Positions 35,757 to 45,322 of a stretch of 64,000 bases of DNA are shown here, in pieces; position 1 is the first letter of the stretch; every line of letters begins with the position of its first letter. Origin of the DNA: Lachnospiraceae bacterium (GTDB lineage: Bacteria; Bacillota; Clostridia; Lachnospirales; Lachnospiraceae). A program made the translations under genes and the position numbers. The notes below the pieces were generated by a model, which saw only the letters and a list, made by a program, of their open reading frames with translations, searched no databases and was not told where the DNA came from. The stretch lies in NCBI GenBank assembly GCA_024691425.1, contig JAILNQ010000125.1, forward strand, positions 7,736-71,735, given 5' to 3'.

Positions 35757-36683
35757 ATGGAACTCAATGGCATAACTGAAAAGATCTTAAAAGAAATAAC
35801 AGACTGGGACGGCATATTTTCCGGGGCTTATTCGCTCCGCGAGAACGGTGAGTGCATAAGCTTTCAGAACAGCGACCATATACGCATAGTCAAGAAAGAA
35901 GACAAGCCCGGAATAGACATATACATTTCGGAAAAGGCATCTGGCGAGACCGTGTACATTCCGGCGTGTGTTACGAAAAGCGACGTAAAAGACCTTGTCT
36001 ACAATGATTTTCACGTTCAGAGCGGTGCCGATGTGATCATTGTCGCGGGATGCGGTGTTCATACCGACGGTGAGGAAGGCTCGAACCACAACGGTATACA
36101 CAGATTTTTCCTCGAGGCCGGGTCGCATGCCGTCTATAAGGAAAAACACATAGGGTTCGGAGAAGGCAGCGGGAAACGTATCATAGATCCGGTAACCTAT
36201 GCCGAGATCGGCGACGGAGCCGTTCTTGAAATGGAAACTCTCCAGCTCGGCGGAGTCGACTCGACCGTAAGGGATACAAAGGCGGTCCTGTCAAAAGATG
36301 CTAAGCTCATAATACATGAGAGCATACTGACCGACGGGGAGGAAACTGCCGAAACGAAGTTTGCAGTCGACCTTGACGGTGAGGATTCAAGCGTCGATCT
36401 TGTGTCAAGAAGCGTTGCAAGGGGCAATTCCGTGCAGGAATACAGCTCGGTAATAAACGGCAAGGTGCGCTGCACCGGACATTCCGAGTGCGATGCCATA
36501 CTGTCGGAAAACGGCAGGGTAAATGCCGCTCCGGCGCTCAACGCCTCATCGACTGATGCGAGCCTCATACATGAAGCCGCTATAGGCAAGATCGCAGGTG
36601 AACAGATCATAAAGCTGATGACTTTAGGTCTTACTGAAGAAGAGGCCGAAGAGAAGATAATAGCAGGTTTTTTGGGAGCGTAG
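35757..36683 (+). CDS. SufB/SufD-family Fe-S assembly scaffold protein (short form)
   Basis: 308 aa. The C-terminal IHEAAIGKIAGEQIIKLMTLGLTEEEAEEKIIAGF is the conserved SufB/D beta-helix end motif. Confidence 0.8.
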   Translation: MELNGITEKILKEITDWDGIFSGAYSLRENGECISFQNSDHIRIVKKEDKPGIDIYISEKASGETVYIPACVTKSDVKDLVYNDFHVQSGADVIIVAGCGVHTDGEEGSNHNGIHRFFLEAGSHAVYKEKHIGFGEGSGKRIIDPVTYAEIGDGAVLEMETLQLGGVDSTVRDTKAVLSKDAKLIIHESILTDGEETAETKFAVDLDGEDSSVDLVSRSVARGNSVQEYSSVINGKVRCTGHSECDAILSENGRVNAAPALNASSTDASLIHEAAIGKIAGEQIIKLMTLGLTEEEAEEKIIAGFLGA

Positions 36684-36688
36684 AATAA

Positions 36689-38977
36689 GTGGCAGACGGC
36701 GAGATTACTGAACTGATACTTGATGATGGCGCCTTTACTGCTCTGCAGGAGCACCAGAGTCCCGAACAGCTCTATGATGAGCTTATTTCGCGTGTCAGAA
36801 AATACCACCCGTCAGATGACATATCACTCATAGAAAAGGCCTATAATCTGGCATATATGGCTCATAAGGACCAGCTCCGCAAATCAGGCGAGCCATACAT
36901 TATCCACCCGCTTTCTGTAGCCATAATACTCGCAGAGCTTCAGCTCGACAAAGAATCGATAGCATCGGGAATGCTTCATGATGTCGTAGAAGATACGATA
37001 ATCACCGATGAACAGCTGCGGAATCAGTTCGGGAACAGCGTCGCCATTATCGTTGACGGCGTTACCAAGCTCGAGAAAATCCAGTATAACGGCGATAAGC
37101 TCGAATATCAGGCGGAGAACCTGCGCAAGATGTTCCTGGCCATGGCGAAGGACATAAGGGTAATAATGGTCAAACTCGCCGACAGGCTCCATAACATGAG
37201 GACGCTGCAGTATCAGCCGCCCGAGCGCCAGATAGAGATAGCAAGGGAGACGATGGATATTTATGCGCCTCTCGCGCAGCGCCTCGGTATTTCGAAGATG
37301 AAGGTCGAACTTGACGACCTGTCGCTCAAATACCTTGAACCCGAAGTTTATTACGACCTTGCAGATAAGATAAACATCCGCAGATCAGAACGCGAGAAGT
37401 ATGTGTCAGAGATCGTAGAGGATGTCAAGAAGCATATAAAGAATGCAGGGATAGAGGCAACTTTTGACGGGCGCGTCAAGCATTTCATGTCGATCTACCG
37501 CAAAATGCTCAATCAGGACAAGACGCTCGACCAGATATACGATCTTTTCGCAGTCAGGATCATCGTCAACACGATCCCGGACTGTTATGCGGCTTTAGGC
37601 GTCATCCATGAGATGTATAAGCCCATTCCCGGGCGTTTTAAGGACTATATAGCCATGCCCAAGCCGAATATGTACCAGAGCCTGCATACGACGCTTATCG
37701 GCCCTTCAGGGCGTCCTTTCGAGATACAGATCAGAACGTATGAGATGCACAGGACCGCGGAGTACGGAATCGCGGCGCACTGGAAGTACAAGGAGAACTC
37801 TGACGGCAAGCGGGTTGAGGAATCTGAAGCCGAGAAGATGAGCTGGCTGCGCCAGATTCTCGACTGGCAGGTCAACCTGTCGGATAACAAGGAATTCCTA
37901 AATACGCTGAAATCGGACCTGGAGCTCTATTCCGATACCGTATACTGTTTCACCCCTACAGGTGACGTCAAAACGCTCCCTGCGGGCTCAAATCCGATAG
38001 ATTTCGCATATGCCATACATTCGGCCGTCGGAAACAAGATGATAGGCGCGAGAGTCAACGGTCAGCTTGCAACTATCAACTACAAGATCCAGAACGGCGA
38101 CCGCATAGAGATAATAACGAGCCAGAATTCAAGAGGCCCGAGCCGCGACTGGCTCAATCTCGTCAAATCCAATCAGGCCAAAACAAAGATAAATCAGTGG
38201 TTCAAGAACGAGCTCAAGGAAGACAACATCCAGAAGGGCAAGGAGCTTCTGCTCGCGTTCTGCAAGGCGAACTCAGTCGACCCTGCGAAAATCATGATTC
38301 CGCAGTACATGAACGCCATACTTTCCAAGTACGGATTCAGGGACTGGGATGCCGTGCAGGCCGCGGTCGGACACGGAGGCCTGCGTGAGGGCCAGATAAT
38401 CAACAGGATGAAGGAGCTCTACGAGAGGGATCATCCGCATATCATCTCCGATGAGGAGCTCATCGAGGATGTCAATGAATCGGGAATGCATAAGAAGCTC
38501 ACCGTCAAGAAGAGCGGCGGAGTAGCGCTTCAAGGCACCGATGACCTCGCGGTCAGGTTCAGCAAATGCTGCAATCCGATCCCGGGCGATGAGATAGTAG
38601 GATATATCACAAGAGGCCGCGGAGTGTCCATACACAGGACCGACTGCGTCAACGTCATATCTCTTCCTGAGGACGAGAGGGCAAGGCTCATCGAGGCTGA
38701 ATGGGAACAGGATGTCATATCATCGGAGAACAATGAGAAGTTCGAGACGGGAATACGCATATTTGCGGAGGATAGGAACGGGCTGCTGGTTGATATAACG
38801 AGATGCCTTACGGAAAGAGGTGTCGGGATACTGAACATGAACGTGCGCACGAGCAAACAGGGCACGGCGACGATCACGCTTTCATTCTCAACCTCCGGAA
38901 AGGATGAACTTAAGGATGTAGCGGGCAAGCTGAACACTATCCCCGGAATTATCGACATAGAAAGGATTTCAGGCTGA
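36689..38977 (+). CDS. relA: bifunctional (p)ppGpp synthetase/hydrolase (RelA/SpoT homologue, Rel)
   Basis: 762 aa with GTG start. HD hydrolase (HPLSVA...MLHDVVEDT), synthetase (YRKM...DLFAVRIIV...YIAMPKPNMYQSLHTT), TGS and ACT regions. Confidence 0.93.
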   Translation: MADGEITELILDDGAFTALQEHQSPEQLYDELISRVRKYHPSDDISLIEKAYNLAYMAHKDQLRKSGEPYIIHPLSVAIILAELQLDKESIASGMLHDVVEDTIITDEQLRNQFGNSVAIIVDGVTKLEKIQYNGDKLEYQAENLRKMFLAMAKDIRVIMVKLADRLHNMRTLQYQPPERQIEIARETMDIYAPLAQRLGISKMKVELDDLSLKYLEPEVYYDLADKINIRRSEREKYVSEIVEDVKKHIKNAGIEATFDGRVKHFMSIYRKMLNQDKTLDQIYDLFAVRIIVNTIPDCYAALGVIHEMYKPIPGRFKDYIAMPKPNMYQSLHTTLIGPSGRPFEIQIRTYEMHRTAEYGIAAHWKYKENSDGKRVEESEAEKMSWLRQILDWQVNLSDNKEFLNTLKSDLELYSDTVYCFTPTGDVKTLPAGSNPIDFAYAIHSAVGNKMIGARVNGQLATINYKIQNGDRIEIITSQNSRGPSRDWLNLVKSNQAKTKINQWFKNELKEDNIQKGKELLLAFCKANSVDPAKIMIPQYMNAILSKYGFRDWDAVQAAVGHGGLREGQIINRMKELYERDHPHIISDEELIEDVNESGMHKKLTVKKSGGVALQGTDDLAVRFSKCCNPIPGDEIVGYITRGRGVSIHRTDCVNVISLPEDERARLIEAEWEQDVISSENNEKFETGIRIFAEDRNGLLVDITRCLTERGVGILNMNVRTSKQGTATITLSFSTSGKDELKDVAGKLNTIPGIIDIERISG

Positions 38978-39603
38978 TGGGAGAACTCAAGGTAGGAAGA
39001 ATGGTCCTCGGCATGGTCGAGACGAACTGCTATTTCGTATATGATGACAAAACAAGGGATGCCATAGTCATAGACCCGGCAAAAAACGGCCTATATGATA
39101 AGCTCAGCGCTAACGGGCTGAATGTCTGCGCTATACTTCTGACGCACGGTCATTTCGACCATATAATGGGCGTTCATGAGCTGTCTGAAAAATCAGGCGC
39201 GAAGGTTTATGCTCTCGAGGCAGAGGATGAACTGTGCCGCAATTCCTATCTCAACGCGTCCGATCAGATCGGAAAGCCTTATACCGTTGAAGCGGACGAG
39301 CTTCTTTATGACGGTGATGAGATAGAGATCGCAGGAATAAAGATAAAAGTCTATGCAACTCCCGGCCATACGCTCGGAAGCTGCTGCTATTATATCGAGA
39401 GCGTCAAGTGGCTGTTCAGCGGAGATACGCTTTTTGCCGGCTCAATAGGCAGAAGCGACCTTCCGACCGGAAACGGCAGGCAGATAATGATAAGCGTGCA
39501 GCAACTGGTGGATACGTTCGATGCTGATGTGAAAGTATATCCGGGACACGGCGATATAACGACCATCGGTGAGGAAAAGGCGCACAATCCCTTCGTTTCG
39601 TAG
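38977..39603 (+). CDS. MBL-fold metallo-hydrolase (glyoxalase II-like)
   Basis: 208 aa. LLTHGHFDH motif, TPGHTLGS and YPGHG. The start overlaps the relA stop by 1 nt. Confidence 0.85.
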   Translation: MGELKVGRMVLGMVETNCYFVYDDKTRDAIVIDPAKNGLYDKLSANGLNVCAILLTHGHFDHIMGVHELSEKSGAKVYALEAEDELCRNSYLNASDQIGKPYTVEADELLYDGDEIEIAGIKIKVYATPGHTLGSCCYYIESVKWLFSGDTLFAGSIGRSDLPTGNGRQIMISVQQLVDTFDADVKVYPGHGDITTIGEEKAHNPFVS

Positions 39604-39611
39604 GTGATGTT

Positions 39612-41018
39612 ATGAAGGTCAGTCTTAACGACAGCAGCTTTTCCTATGACGTGCATTCGCTCGTGAAGGCATTCTATCCAGATGAGGATGTCAGCGTTTC
39701 TGCTGAAGATGGCGGATTTATAACGGTTGATGTTTACGGGTCAGCGGCAGAAGTTACGGCCGGATCTATAAAGCATACAGGTCAGCTTGCTGACCCCAAA
39801 AGACCGGAAATGAAAAACCTCTTAAAAAGGACGCTGTACGGCGCTCTTTTGGAGCTGACCGGGAAGGATCTGCCATGGGGAACGATGACAGGGATCAGGC
39901 CTGTCAAGGTTCCGATGAAGCTCATCAGGGAAGGTGCGGATGATGAACGCATTTTCTCTTACATGAAAAGCGTCTATCTGTGCTCTGATGAGAAGATAAG
40001 GCTGGCTATGCAGATCGCCCACAGGGAATCCGGTATTATCGACAGCCTCAATCCCGGCGGATTCTGTCTTTACATAGGAATTCCGTTCTGTCCGACGACA
40101 TGCATGTACTGCTCGTTCACTTCCTATCCGATAGCATCATGGGCTGACCGGACGGGAGAATACCTCAGTGCACTGCGCCGTGAGCTTGATTTCTTTTCCG
40201 GGCATTTTGCTGGAAGGCGCGCGGATGCGGTCTATATCGGCGGCGGCACTCCGACAACCCTTTCGCCTGACGAGCTTTCATGGCTCATGGGATATATCAG
40301 GGACAGCTTCGATCTTTCTGCTGTAAAGGAATTTACTGTGGAAGCCGGAAGGCCGGACAGCATAACCGATGAAAAGCTTGCCGCTATCCGTGAAGGCGGC
40401 GCCGACAGGATATCGATAAATCCTCAGACAATGAATGAGGAGACGCTTCGGATCATCGGCAGGAGACACACAACGGAAGATACGGTTACCGCATTTGAAA
40501 AAGCAAGGCGTGCGGGTTTTTCGAACATAAATATGGACATCATCTTAGGGCTCCCGGGCGAGGATGAAAAAATGCTCGCAAATACGCTGAAAAGCGTTAA
40601 AGATCTCGGCCCTGACAGCCTCACGGTACATTCGATGGCGATAAAGCGCGCCGCGCACATGCATGATTATCTGCGAAAAGCCGGTATCAGCTCGGTGAAC
40701 ACGCCGGAAATGATGCATATGGCGGATGAATGCGCCGCCTCTATGGGTATGTCCCCGTATTATCTGTACAGGCAGAAGAACATGTCCGGCAATTTCGAAA
40801 ATGTCGGATATGCCCTGTCCGGGTGCTTCGGGATCTATAACATAGCGATCATGGAAGAGGTGTGCGACATAGCGGCAGCGGGCGCGGGAACGATTTCAAA
40901 ACGCGTATTTTCCGGTGACCGTATAGAAAGATGCGACAGCGTCAAGGACGTTGATCTTTATATATCAAGAATCGATGAGATGATCGAGAGAAAGAAAAAA
41001 CTTTTCAAAGGGGAATGA
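39612..41018 (+). CDS. hemZ: radical SAM coproporphyrinogen-dehydrogenase-like protein (HemZ type)
   Basis: 468 aa. Radical SAM cluster CPTTCMYCSF preceded by a ~150-aa HemZ-like N-domain. HemN-family core (GGGTPT). Confidence 0.75.
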   Translation: MKVSLNDSSFSYDVHSLVKAFYPDEDVSVSAEDGGFITVDVYGSAAEVTAGSIKHTGQLADPKRPEMKNLLKRTLYGALLELTGKDLPWGTMTGIRPVKVPMKLIREGADDERIFSYMKSVYLCSDEKIRLAMQIAHRESGIIDSLNPGGFCLYIGIPFCPTTCMYCSFTSYPIASWADRTGEYLSALRRELDFFSGHFAGRRADAVYIGGGTPTTLSPDELSWLMGYIRDSFDLSAVKEFTVEAGRPDSITDEKLAAIREGGADRISINPQTMNEETLRIIGRRHTTEDTVTAFEKARRAGFSNINMDIILGLPGEDEKMLANTLKSVKDLGPDSLTVHSMAIKRAAHMHDYLRKAGISSVNTPEMMHMADECAASMGMSPYYLYRQKNMSGNFENVGYALSGCFGIYNIAIMEEVCDIAAAGAGTISKRVFSGDRIERCDSVKDVDLYISRIDEMIERKKKLFKGE

Positions 41019-42289
41019 CAATGGCAATGACTAAAAAACCCGTTACGGGAATGAAGGATATACTTCCGGAAGAGATGCGCATAAGGGACTATGTCACCGG
41101 ACTCGTCAAGCAGACATACACGGCTTTCGGTTTCACTCCTATCGAAACACCTGCCGTCGAGCATATAGAGAATCTCCTCAGCAAACAGGGAGGAGAGAAT
41201 GAAAAGCTCATTTTCAAGATCATGAAGAGGGGCGAAAAGCTTTCGCTTACCGCCGATTCAACGGAAGAGGATCTTTCGGATTCAGGGCTTAGGTACGACC
41301 TGACGCTTCCGCTTTCAAGATTTTACGCATGTCATGCATCAGAGCTTCCTATGCCTTTCAAGGCTCTGCAGATAGGCCCCGTATGGCGTGCCGACAGGCC
41401 GCAGAAAGGCCGTTTCCGTCAGTTCGTGCAGTGCGACATAGATATTCTCGGTGATCCGACATCGCTTGCGGAGACGGAGCTTATCACGGCAACGACGACT
41501 CTTCTCGGCAAGCTTGATTTCAAAAACTTCACGGTCAGGATCAACGACAGAAGAATACTGAAGGCCATGGCCAGCTACAGCGGTTTTTCGGAGGATGACT
41601 ATGAGAGCGTGTTCATCATTCTCGATAAGATGGACAAGATCGGGCTTAGCGGCGTTAAAGAAGAGCTTACAGCGCACGGATTTTCTGCATCGAGCGTTGA
41701 TAAATACACGGAACTTTTCGCATCGGGAAACGGGGATGTATCGTATCTTTCCTCTCTTGCTGAAAAGCTCGGAGATAGCCTTCCTGAAGGGTGCGCCGAA
41801 GAGCTCTCCGGAATCATCAGCAGCGTTGAGAAGGTAAAAAATGTTGATTTTTCGATAATTTTTGACCCGACTTTAGTCCGCGGGATGTCTTATTATACGG
41901 GAACGATTTTCGAGATAACGATGGATGAGTTCGGATCGAGCGTTGCCGGCGGCGGAAGATATGATGAGATGATCGGAAGATTTACCGGCAATAAAGTGTG
42001 CGCATGCGGATTCTCGATAGGCTTTGAGAGGATAATAACCATACTTCTTGACAAGGGCTTTACGGTTCCCGGAGGCTCAGAAAAGTATGCATTCCTCATA
42101 GAGAAGGGAGCCGGCCCAGAGTTTACGGCATCTGTCATGGAAGAAGCCGCAAAGCTCCGTGCCGAGGGCAAGAGCGTGCTCGTATCGATGATGAACAAAA
42201 ACAAGAAATTCCAGAAGGAACAACTTGAAAAAGAAGGCTATATTTCGGATAATATAAAGGAATTTTATCATTCTGACTTTAAAAACTGA
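41015..42289 (+). CDS. hisS: histidine--tRNA ligase
   Basis: 424 aa with ATGA overlap on hemZ. Class II motifs GMKDILPEE, RYDLTLPLSRF, FRQFVQCDIDILG and GGGRYD, plus a C-terminal anticodon-binding domain. Confidence 0.88.
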   Translation: MTMAMTKKPVTGMKDILPEEMRIRDYVTGLVKQTYTAFGFTPIETPAVEHIENLLSKQGGENEKLIFKIMKRGEKLSLTADSTEEDLSDSGLRYDLTLPLSRFYACHASELPMPFKALQIGPVWRADRPQKGRFRQFVQCDIDILGDPTSLAETELITATTTLLGKLDFKNFTVRINDRRILKAMASYSGFSEDDYESVFIILDKMDKIGLSGVKEELTAHGFSASSVDKYTELFASGNGDVSYLSSLAEKLGDSLPEGCAEELSGIISSVEKVKNVDFSIIFDPTLVRGMSYYTGTIFEITMDEFGSSVAGGGRYDEMIGRFTGNKVCACGFSIGFERIITILLDKGFTVPGGSEKYAFLIEKGAGPEFTASVMEEAAKLRAEGKSVLVSMMNKNKKFQKEQLEKEGYISDNIKEFYHSDFKN

Positions 42290-42317
42290 CGTGGCTACTG
42301 ATTAGGCGGAGGAATGT

Positions 42318-43889
42318 ATGAAATACTGTAAGATCTGCGGAACGCTGCTCGAAGATACGCATGAGCACTGCATCAGATGCGGTGCGGACATGACAATTGA
42401 AGAAAACGTTTCCATGTATCCTATAGAGGTCATGGAGACCATGGAAGAGGAGAACAAGCGCAAGAAAGCGACAGGAAAAATACTCGCCATGATCATTGCG
42501 CTCGTTGTCGTTCTCGTCGGTCTCATTCTGTTCTTCCTGTACGGACTTGATTCATCGGGTATCGATCTTCTGTCGGGAATGAATGCTCAGACAGATATGG
42601 GTTATGAGGAAGATTTCGAGTCTGAGGATTTTGTTGAAGAAGAGATGGAGCCTGAAGAGGCTGAGGAGCCGGCCGAGACTCCGACGCCCGAACCGAAGAA
42701 GAACAAGGCTGTAAAGGATGACAAGGGATTTTATTATGATTACGTAGTAGAGACCGATGATGCCGGCAATCCGGTATTTACGGCTCTCATCCCCGAGGAT
42801 CTTACCGAGCGTGAGTTCTACAAGGATTACGAAGGCTACTGCGACCGCTATCCGTTCACGGTGAACTTCACCGCTTCAACGAAGGAGAATGACGTCAGGT
42901 TCACATACCTTTCTCCGAGGAAGCTCTGGTACAAGATCAGCGACAGCGGCAGGAGCAGAAGCGATGAGAGAGATCTTACGAACTACATGAGCTACTGCAG
43001 ATATGACGGTGCGAGAAGCTATCTTGAGCCGCTTCTTTCGCAGAGCTATCCGGGAGCTAAGTTCGAGATCAAGAACGAATATGATGTTTCCCCCGAGGCA
43101 GTTGCAAAGCTTGAGGACTTCGCGAACGCTAAGAAGAAGGAGCTTTCCGGAAGCATAGGAGACTACGCGCGTATCGGTGAAGGTACGACATATGCGAACA
43201 TGAACTGCGAATGCTCCGCAAAAGTTTACGAGTATGAGATCACGCTGAAGGACAAGGACATGCTGTTCTGCAGATACTTCATCCCTTCAATGGCCCATAC
43301 GCTCGCATATGCGTGCACGTCGCCTAATGACAAGGGTGAAGTGACTGAGTGGTACAATTTCGCCATCATCTGCTTTGAAACGGGAAATGAGGACGAATTC
43401 GACGATTATGAGGAGGCTTTCGATCTCTTCGTTGCGAATGCGCTTCCTACGGACATGTTCATGTACATAAATGAGAGCTACTCCAAGGAGATACTGAGCG
43501 CGATATCAGCCGGAAAATCCCCGGATCCGCTCGACGATGCTCATCTTAAAAAGTACGGCAGCGCCTTTACGCCGTCGACGAAGCTTGATGATTTCGACAC
43601 GAAAGTCATGGATATTTTAAGGTCCGCAAAGAACACATGCTTTTCGAATGCGGATGCGGCCGTATATACATCTGACAGCATTAAATGCGCATACTATGAT
43701 AAAGCTAAGGGCAAGGTGTTCATTTCGCCCGATGCCGATGAATATCCCGGCGATTCCTTTGAGGAGCTGACGGCGGCCGGTTCTCCGTCAGATGCGGCAG
43801 GTGATGAGCCGGCAGAACCCGAAGCCGAAGAAGCACCTATGGAACCCGAAGAGGAAGTTCCTGAGGAGCCGGCAGGCGGGATAATTTGA
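42318..43889 (+). CDS. zinc-ribbon membrane protein of unknown function (N-in single-pass, large extracytoplasmic domain, acidic tail)
   Basis: 523 aa. MKYCKICG...CIRCG zinc ribbon, one TM (ILAMIIALVVVLVGLILFFLYGL), an acidic linker, a ~350-aa domain, and an E/P-rich C-terminus. Confidence 0.75.
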   Translation: MKYCKICGTLLEDTHEHCIRCGADMTIEENVSMYPIEVMETMEEENKRKKATGKILAMIIALVVVLVGLILFFLYGLDSSGIDLLSGMNAQTDMGYEEDFESEDFVEEEMEPEEAEEPAETPTPEPKKNKAVKDDKGFYYDYVVETDDAGNPVFTALIPEDLTEREFYKDYEGYCDRYPFTVNFTASTKENDVRFTYLSPRKLWYKISDSGRSRSDERDLTNYMSYCRYDGARSYLEPLLSQSYPGAKFEIKNEYDVSPEAVAKLEDFANAKKKELSGSIGDYARIGEGTTYANMNCECSAKVYEYEITLKDKDMLFCRYFIPSMAHTLAYACTSPNDKGEVTEWYNFAIICFETGNEDEFDDYEEAFDLFVANALPTDMFMYINESYSKEILSAISAGKSPDPLDDAHLKKYGSAFTPSTKLDDFDTKVMDILRSAKNTCFSNADAAVYTSDSIKCAYYDKAKGKVFISPDADEYPGDSFEELTAAGSPSDAAGDEPAEPEAEEAPMEPEEEVPEEPAGGII

Positions 43890-43904
43890 TCACTGGAGGA
43901 AGTT

Positions 43905-45008
43905 ATGGCAGATTATGAAGAAATAATGAATGCGCAGAAAGCCGATACCATGAAGGCTACGGACAGAAAATGTCCGCAGTGCGGTGCGGTCATGGATTTC
44001 GATCCTTCGACCGGAGGGCTTTTCTGCCAGTATTGCGGATACCGCGAAGAAATAAAGGCTGAGAATACGGAAGGCGAAACCTCAGCGAGCGAGCTTGATT
44101 TCGAATCGGCAGAGTTCACGGGCAACTGTGACTGGGGAGTGGCTCAGAAGACTGTCACGTGTAAGTCGTGCGGAGCCGTTTCGGTATACGACGTGCTCAC
44201 GGTGGCCAATGAATGTCCTTACTGCGGATCGAACCAGGTAATGGAGGCAAATGATGTAAAGACCATAGCTCCCGGCGGAGTAGTGCCGTTTAAGGTTACG
44301 GCGGCACAGGCAGGGGACAAGTTCACGAAATGGCTCAAGAATAAATGGTTCGCGCCAAGAGCGGCCAAGCAGAGCGCAAAAGCGGACAGCTTCAAGGGCA
44401 TCTATCTTCCTTATTGGACATTCGATACCGACACTTATACGGAATACACGGCCGAATACGGTATCGACCGCACGGAAGGGAGCGGTGATAAGCAGAGGAC
44501 CGTCACCGACTGGCACAGGACAAGAGGCACTCATACGGAATTCATCGATGACCAGCTGGTTGCCGGAACCGGAGATCAGAACATACAGATGCTGAGAACG
44601 GTCGAGCCGTTCGACACTAAAGATAATAAAGCATACAAGCCCGAATATCTCGCAGGTTTTCTTGCAGAGAGATATTCAGTCGGTCTTAAGGACGCGTGGG
44701 AGCGCGCCAAGGAATTCATCAAGAACAGGCTTAGATCTGCAATAGAAAGCGAAGTCATGAGAAACAACAATGCGGATCATGTAAGAAGCTACAAGGGTCA
44801 GACAACGTTTTCGAACGTTACGTACAAATACCTGCTTCTTCCGGTATGGCTCTCATGTTTTAAGTACAAGGATAAGACATATCAGTTCGTTGTTAACGGG
44901 CAGTCGGGCAAGGTCGGCGGCAAATATCCGATCTCGCCGTGGAGGGTGGCTCTGGCAATATTGATAGCCATAGTGATAATCGCGTTCCTGTATATGATCA
45001 CGCAGTAA
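43905..45008 (+). CDS. double zinc-ribbon, C-terminally tail-anchored protein of unknown function
   Basis: 367 aa. CPQCG...CQYCG and CKSCG...CPYCG ribbons, and a C-terminal TM (VALAILIAIVIIAFLYMI). Confidence 0.75.
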   Translation: MADYEEIMNAQKADTMKATDRKCPQCGAVMDFDPSTGGLFCQYCGYREEIKAENTEGETSASELDFESAEFTGNCDWGVAQKTVTCKSCGAVSVYDVLTVANECPYCGSNQVMEANDVKTIAPGGVVPFKVTAAQAGDKFTKWLKNKWFAPRAAKQSAKADSFKGIYLPYWTFDTDTYTEYTAEYGIDRTEGSGDKQRTVTDWHRTRGTHTEFIDDQLVAGTGDQNIQMLRTVEPFDTKDNKAYKPEYLAGFLAERYSVGLKDAWERAKEFIKNRLRSAIESEVMRNNNADHVRSYKGQTTFSNVTYKYLLLPVWLSCFKYKDKTYQFVVNGQSGKVGGKYPISPWRVALAILIAIVIIAFLYMITQ

Positions 45009-45017
45009 AAATTCTTC

Positions 45018-45046
45018 TTTTCAAAGAATTGGCGTTATGTTATAAT
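45018..45046 (+). promoter_or_regulatory. candidate extended -10 promoter for scfA
   Basis: TGtTATAAT at 45038-45046, with a weak -35 TTTTCA (45018-45023) at 17-nt spacing. Confidence 0.5.
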
Positions 45047-45094
45047 TTGTCACGATTTGATTTCAAAAAGGTGCAATGCCGGGAAGGATAGTTT

Positions 45095-45238
45095 ATGAAG
45101 CACATTAAAACATTACAGACTCGCAATATCAGGAAGTCCATCAAAAAGGGCGGATGCGGCGAATGCCAGACATCCTGCCAGAGCGCATGCAAGACTTCAT
45201 GCACTGTAGGCAATCAGAGCTGCGAAAAGGCAAAATAA
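45095..45238 (+). CDS. scfA: SCIFF (six cysteines in forty-five residues) ranthipeptide precursor
   Basis: 47-aa ORF missed by the track (below its size cutoff). MKHIKTLQTRNIRKSIKKGGCGECQTSCQSACKTSCTVGNQSCEKAK matches the highly conserved SCIFF consensus. GGAAGGA RBS. It lies directly upstream of its radical SAM maturase. Confidence 0.93.
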   Translation: MKHIKTLQTRNIRKSIKKGGCGECQTSCQSACKTSCTVGNQSCEKAK

Positions 45239-45322
45239 GAAGAATTACCATATCGGTTTTTCAAGGAAAAGCTCTTAAAGGGGCTTTTTCTAATGTATGT
45301 GCTATGCAGATAGGAGAGACAG

